Source of the DNA: Clostridia bacterium
GTDB lineage: Bacteria > Bacillota > Clostridia > UMGS1883
Length of the DNA: 64,000 nt
NCBI GenBank assembly: GCA_051866635.1
Contig: JBJDXJ010000046.1
Location: forward strand, 31,518 to 95,517
Direction: 5' to 3'
The notes below the pieces were generated by a model. It did not search any database. It was not told the DNA's origin and saw only the letters and a program-made list of their open reading frames with translations. Each line of letters opens with the position of its first letter. Within the stretch, counting starts at the first letter, position 1. The position numbers were made by a program, and so were the translations under genes. Positions 59,624-64,000 of the stretch are shown in pieces.

Positions 59624-60504
59624 TCTTCAATACCCTCTATGATTTTCTTTTCAACATAATCCATGCCTAATCTTGCAATTGTATCGGAAAATCTTTCGCC
59701 CTTAATTCCCTCGTCACGGAATAAAAACATTGCATTTTCTGTTGCCTTGATAACTTCTTCTTCATTTTTAAGAATACGGCTCAAAGCATTTCCCTGTGCA
59801 ATCTTCTTTCCCCATCTGCCGCCTACATACATCTTGTAACCTACAAATTCTTCTTCTATTGCACCAAAGGGGCACTTAGGCACACATCTGCCGCAGTTAT
59901 TACATTCAGCCTGTCTTCTTACTGCCTTTTTATCAACCATATCAATAACCTTAATGGGGCAATTCTTCGCACAAAGAGAACAGCCTCTGCACTTTTCCTC
60001 ATTTATTTTAGACACCTTCTGACCAACAATACCAACATCGTTTAAGTCGGGCTTTACGCAGTTGTTGGGGCATCCGCCTACAGCAATCTTAAACTTATGT
60101 GGAAGCTTCACATCACTGTATCCCTTATAGAACACTTCATGCATCTTTTCGGAAAGGGCAAAAGTGTCAATTAAACCGTACTGACATGTTGTACCCTTAC
60201 ATGAAACAACAGGACGCACCTTTGCACCTGTACCGCCTGTTTCAAGACCTCTTTCGTTTAAAAATGCAAACAATGCATCTAAATCCTCATATTTAACTCC
60301 CTGAATTTCCTGGGTAAGACGCACGGTCATAGTAATTTCGCCACTGCCGAACTTGTCTGCCGCTTCGGCAACAATTCTCTGTTGCTCACTTGTTATCTTC
60401 CCGTTACGTGTAATCACACGCACATTGAATATATCATCATACCTTTTATCCTGCAAACAACCCTTTGCTTTAACCTGTTTAATTTCATCTGCTGTAAGTT
60501 TCAT
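59620..60504 (-). CDS. Nitrite/sulfite reductase-family siroheme protein with ferredoxin insert (AsrC-like)
   Basis: SCKGTTCQYG and LPHKFKIAVGGCPNNC siroheme-[4Fe-4S] motifs; CRGCSLC..CP, CNNCGRC..CP; GERF. Confidence 0.88.
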   Translation of the reverse strand: MKLTADEIKQVKAKGCLQDKRYDDIFNVRVITRNGKITSEQQRIVAEAADKFGSGEITMTVRLTQEIQGVKYEDLDALFAFLNERGLETGGTGAKVRPVVSCKGTTCQYGLIDTFALSEKMHEVFYKGYSDVKLPHKFKIAVGGCPNNCVKPDLNDVGIVGQKVSKINEEKCRGCSLCAKNCPIKVIDMVDKKAVRRQAECNNCGRCVPKCPFGAIEEEFVGYKMYVGGRWGKKIAQGNALSRILKNEEEVIKATENAMFLFRDEGIKGERFSDTIARLGMDYVEKKIIEGIEE

Positions 60505-60531
60505 AATTATCCTCCTCATATCTTTTTCTTA

Positions 60532-60600
60532 TTGATTATATCATATTTATATGCTATAATTAATTATCAGTCATTATTGATTGATAATATTTATTTATCA
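60532..60600 (+). promoter_or_regulatory. lysR promoter and probable LysR operator
   Basis: TTGATT-17 nt-TATAAT (extended TG); dyad TGATAA-TATTTAT-TTATCA. Confidence 0.55.
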
Positions 60601-60787
60601 AGGCTATAACGTGAAAGTTCCTTTCACGTTATAGCCTCCGGCGGATTTTGTGCACTGCCTTAGTTTCGCACATACAGTGCGAAACGGCAATGTGCATAAT
60701 AATCTCTTATCATTCCATTGCCTTGCTGATAAGAGACTAATTTAATTACTATTTGTGTCGAAGCAAGGCGGCGGAATGGAGATTATT

Positions 60788-61636
60788 ATGTTAAACTATC
60801 GTATAAAAACATTTTTAACGCTTTATGAAATCCTTAACTATCGGGAAACTGCGGAAAAACTTAACCTTACCCAGCCTGCCGTCACGCAACATATACAGGC
60901 ATTGGAAAATGAATACGGTTGCAAGCTTTTTGTATATGACCATAAAAAGCTCCACAAAACAGAAAGTGCCGACAAATTGGCACTTTACGCCAGAAGTATG
61001 CTTTATAATGACAAAAAGCTACGGGAGGATTTAAAGGAAAACAAGCCGAAAATCCTTCGCATCGGTGCAACAAAAACAATCGGTGAATATGTGATATGTG
61101 AACAAGTGTCAAATTACCTTTCAAATCCGTCAAACACACTGTCGCTGACTGTTGACAACACAAAAAACCTTTTACAAAAACTTGAAAACGATGAAATTGA
61201 CTTTGCTCTTGTTGAAGGCAATTTTGACAAAAACCGTTACGGGTATAAAACCTTTTTGAGTGAGCCTTTTGTGGGCATATGTTCCTCCGACCACCCTTTT
61301 TCAGGCAAGGAAATTGAAATTGAAAGCATTTTTGACAACACCGTTATACTACGTGAAGAAGGCAGCGGCACACGCTCAATACTTGATTATATACTAACTG
61401 ACTCAGGGTATTGTGAAGAAAACTTCAAACGATGTGTTTATATAAGCAATTTCACAATGATTTGCTCTCTTGTAAGGGAAAACACGGGCATTTCTTTTGC
61501 ATATAAAGCCGTTGCGGACTCATCTGCCGGTATTTCCACCTTTACCATAAAAAATAACCCCATAACACACGATTTTAACTTTGTATTTTTAAAGCATACG
61601 GAAGCAAACAAGTTGATAGATAAATTTTTAAAATAA
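60788..61636 (+). CDS. LysR family transcriptional regulator (CysL-like)
   Basis: TAEKLNLTQPAVTQHIQALE HTH; IGATKTIGEY, ALVEG, REEGSGTR. Confidence 0.93.
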   Translation: MLNYRIKTFLTLYEILNYRETAEKLNLTQPAVTQHIQALENEYGCKLFVYDHKKLHKTESADKLALYARSMLYNDKKLREDLKENKPKILRIGATKTIGEYVICEQVSNYLSNPSNTLSLTVDNTKNLLQKLENDEIDFALVEGNFDKNRYGYKTFLSEPFVGICSSDHPFSGKEIEIESIFDNTVILREEGSGTRSILDYILTDSGYCEENFKRCVYISNFTMICSLVRENTGISFAYKAVADSSAGISTFTIKNNPITHDFNFVFLKHTEANKLIDKFLK

Positions 61637-61691
61637 TAATTAACCCCAAAGGCAAGATAAATTCTGCGCATTGGGGTTATGTTTTTTTCGT

Positions 61692-62435
61692 TTATTTCCT
61701 TTTATTTTTCTGTGCCGCCGCACTTATTTCTTTCCATCCTGACAAACCTGAACTGCAAAGTGCAGTAAACAGCCTTTGTCTAAAGCCGGGGTATTTGCCT
61801 TCCATTTCATAAATGAGTTTTTTTATTTCTTCACGCATGGTATTACCATCGGCAGTGCATTTATTTTTAACTATGGGAAGATTTTCCCTTTCCGCAAAAC
61901 TTTTTACATACCATTCGGGCATATAAATCATGGGACGGATAACAGTGACCTCTTTCCTGTCAAGGTATGTAACAGGGGAAAAACAGCCAAGTCTTCCTTC
62001 AAAAATCTGATTCATCCAAAATGTTTCAATAACATCGTCATAATGATGTCCCAAAGCGACCTTGTCGCTTCCTATTGATTTTGCCGCCTCGTTAAGAGCA
62101 CCTCGACGCATATTTGCACAAAGAGAGCAAGGATTTTTCTCCTTCCGCACATCAAAAATGATTTCACGTATGTCTGTCTTCTTTATATAATAAGGCACAC
62201 CTAAATTTCCGCATAATTCTTCAATGGGGGAATAATCCATCCCATCAAAGCCCATATCAATGCTTATGGCAGAGAGTGTAAACCTTTTGGGGTAAAACCT
62301 TTTCAATGCATTTAAAACCGTAAGAAGCATCAAACTGTCCTTACCGCCTGAAACGCCTACAGTAATGTGGTCACCTTCGTTTATCATGCTGTAATCTTCA
62401 ACTGCTTTACGTACATAACTTAACGCTTTTCTCAT
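61692..62435 (-). CDS. ttcA: tRNA 2-thiocytidine biosynthesis TtcA family protein
   Basis: PP-loop VSGGKDS, PCSLCANMRRG, ALGHHYDD, VIRPM. Confidence 0.85.
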   Translation of the reverse strand: MRKALSYVRKAVEDYSMINEGDHITVGVSGGKDSLMLLTVLNALKRFYPKRFTLSAISIDMGFDGMDYSPIEELCGNLGVPYYIKKTDIREIIFDVRKEKNPCSLCANMRRGALNEAAKSIGSDKVALGHHYDDVIETFWMNQIFEGRLGCFSPVTYLDRKEVTVIRPMIYMPEWYVKSFAERENLPIVKNKCTADGNTMREEIKKLIYEMEGKYPGFRQRLFTALCSSGLSGWKEISAAAQKNKRK

Positions 62436-62588
62436 ATTTATCACCAACTTTTCTTCATTATACACATAATCATAGGTTTCTGCAACATATTTTTTAAAAT
62501 TGCCATTCGAGAAAACAAGAGAAAATAAAAGAAAACAAGAGAAAGCGAGAGTAAACACCAAACTTTTTATTTTTTTAACAAAAAAGTG

Positions 62589-62617
62589 TTGACTTTTTTT
62601 CTCTGATAGGTTAGAAT
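62589..62617 (+). promoter_or_regulatory. rplM-rpsI promoter
   Basis: TTGACT-17 nt-TAGAAT. Confidence 0.7.
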
Positions 62618-62686
62618 ACATCATGCTGAAAGAAAAACCCGTGAAATTACGGTTAAATTTCAAATATATGAACGGAGGATTTCAAC

Positions 62687-63124
62687 ATGAAAAGCTATAT
62701 GGAAAATGCCGGCACAGTTAAAAGAAGCTGGTATATAATCGATGCAACAGGCAAAAGCTTAGGACGCGTTGCTGCAGAAGCTGCAAGCATCCTTCGCGGT
62801 AAGAATAAGCCCACATTTACACCTCACGCAGATTGCGGTGACCACGTAATCATCGTAAACTGTGATGCAGCTGTACTTACAGGCAACAAGCTTAGCCAGA
62901 AGATGTACCGTCACCACACAGGTTGGGTTGGCGGCCTTAAGGAAGTATCCGCTAAGGATATGATGGCTAAGCATTCTGACAGAGCTATGTACCTTGCAGT
63001 AAAGGGTATGCTCCCCAAGACAACACTTGGTGCTAAGGCACTTACTCGTCTCAGAGTTTACAAGGGTGCAGAACACACACACGCAGCTCAGATGCCAGAA
63101 GTATGGTCCGGCGAAATTAAGTAA
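62687..63124 (+). CDS. rplM: 50S ribosomal protein L13
   Basis: WYIIDA...LGR, LRGKNKPTFTPH, AVKGMLPK. Confidence 0.98.
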   Translation: MKSYMENAGTVKRSWYIIDATGKSLGRVAAEAASILRGKNKPTFTPHADCGDHVIIVNCDAAVLTGNKLSQKMYRHHTGWVGGLKEVSAKDMMAKHSDRAMYLAVKGMLPKTTLGAKALTRLRVYKGAEHTHAAQMPEVWSGEIK

Positions 63125-63139
63125 GGGAGGTAATTAACA

Positions 63140-63535
63140 ATGGCAGTAACACAGTATTTCGGTACAGGTAGAAGAAAGAAGTCCGTTGCAAGAGTACGTC
63201 TTGTTCCCGGCACAGGTAATATCGTAATCAACAAGAGAAGCATTGATGATTACTTTGGTCTTGAAACACTTAAGGTTATTATCCGTCAGCCTCTCGTACT
63301 TACAAACACACTCGATAAGTTCGATGTAATTTGTAATGTTCAGGGTGGCGGCTTTACAGGTCAGGCAGGTGCTATCCGTCACGGTGTAGCTCGTGCACTC
63401 CTTAAAGTAGACGAAGAAGCATACCGTTCCGACCTCAAGAAGGCTGGTTTCTTAACAAGAGACCCCAGAATGAAGGAAAGAAAGAAGTACGGTTTGAAGG
63501 CAGCTCGTCGTGCTCCTCAGTTCTCAAAGAGATAA
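63140..63535 (+). CDS. rpsI: 30S ribosomal protein S9
   Basis: [39 protein letters not shown]. Confidence 0.98.
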   Translation: MAVTQYFGTGRRKKSVARVRLVPGTGNIVINKRSIDDYFGLETLKVIIRQPLVLTNTLDKFDVICNVQGGGFTGQAGAIRHGVARALLKVDEEAYRSDLKKAGFLTRDPRMKERKKYGLKAARRAPQFSKR

Positions 63536-63609
63536 ATTTTATCTACTATACCCCGAAAACAAGCCGTTTTCGGGGGTTTATTTTTGGCGTCTTTAGGCGT
63601 GGAAATAAA

Positions 63610-63948
63610 CCCCCAGTTCAACTGGGGGAAGATAAAAAGTTTTAGCAAAAGAAAACCTCCATGATATAATAGTAAATGGTTTGGCGACCGCGTTACTAAA
63701 TAAAATATCATGGAGGTTTTACACAATGGGAAAAGATACGATAAATGAGATAAAAAGCACAGCTCATTCAAGTTACAGGTGTCAATACTACATAGTATTT
63801 GCACCAAAATACAGAAGAAAAGAAATATATGGTCAGTTGAGAAAAGATATAGGATAAATATTAAGAAAGCTTTGTGACCAAAAGAAAATGGAGATAATAG
63901 AAGCCGAAGCATGTATTGACCATATACATATGCTTGTAAGTATTCCAC
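63610..63948 (+). pseudogene. tnpA: IS200/IS605-family element with inactivated tnpA (Y1 HUH transposase)
   Basis: From ATG 63726: ...CQYYIVFAPKYRRKEIYGQLRKDIG*ILRKLC...DHIHMLVSIP (TAA at 63855); left-end hairpin CCCCCAGTTCAACTGGGGG and an RBS-occluding hairpin at 63652-63720. Confidence 0.9.
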
Positions 63949-64000
63949 GAGATTGTAAAATAAAGTGTGTAAGTTAGAAAAAAGCTTGCACACTTTTTGC
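63949..64000. mobile_element. Probable IS256-family terminal inverted repeat interrupting tnpA
   Basis: tnpA similarity stops abruptly at GAGATTGTAAAATAAAGTGTGTAA, which resembles IS256-family ends; runs off the window. Confidence 0.55.

Noticed and set aside
60703-60736. SAM-I riboswitch suggested by CTCTTATCA/TGATAAGAG
   Set aside because: Only 14 nt lie between the arms; GAGGGA, GCAACC and GTGC core elements are absent
63517-63993. 158-aa minus-strand ORF
   Set aside because: Antisense to the broken IS200 tnpA, whose motifs are on the plus strand

Overview
Low-GC Firmicute (Clostridia-type; SLH proteins and a sporulation-type promoter) chromosomal segment, mostly housekeeping: prmC, prfB, secA, tsaD, rimI, ywlE, sua5, nrdDG, dut, smc-ftsY, ilvE, ttcA, rplM-rpsI, tRNA-Ile2 and tRNA-Asn. 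Accessory functions include a GtrABC-like glycosylation cassette, a mazEF islet with an IS3-type remnant, an orphan fused BY-kinase, a GH36 alpha-galactosidase and two large surface or secreted lectin-domain proteins. There is also an Hfs-type H2-sensing [FeFe]-hydrogenase operon led by an APH-like kinase, a LysR-linked siroheme-enzyme plus Fec/Btu-type ABC importer operon, and a dead IS200 interrupted by a probable IS256-family end. The strongest non-coding signal is a ~230-bp element present twice (27426-27655 and 56713-56941). It has imperfect terminal inverted repeats, duplicated palindromic target sites, five hairpins kept despite sequence divergence, and a possible pseudoknot. Other structured intergenic regions are a tRNA-linked hairpin array and a LysR leader that can occlude its own RBS and start codon. 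All calls come from motif recognition by eye; no searches were run.
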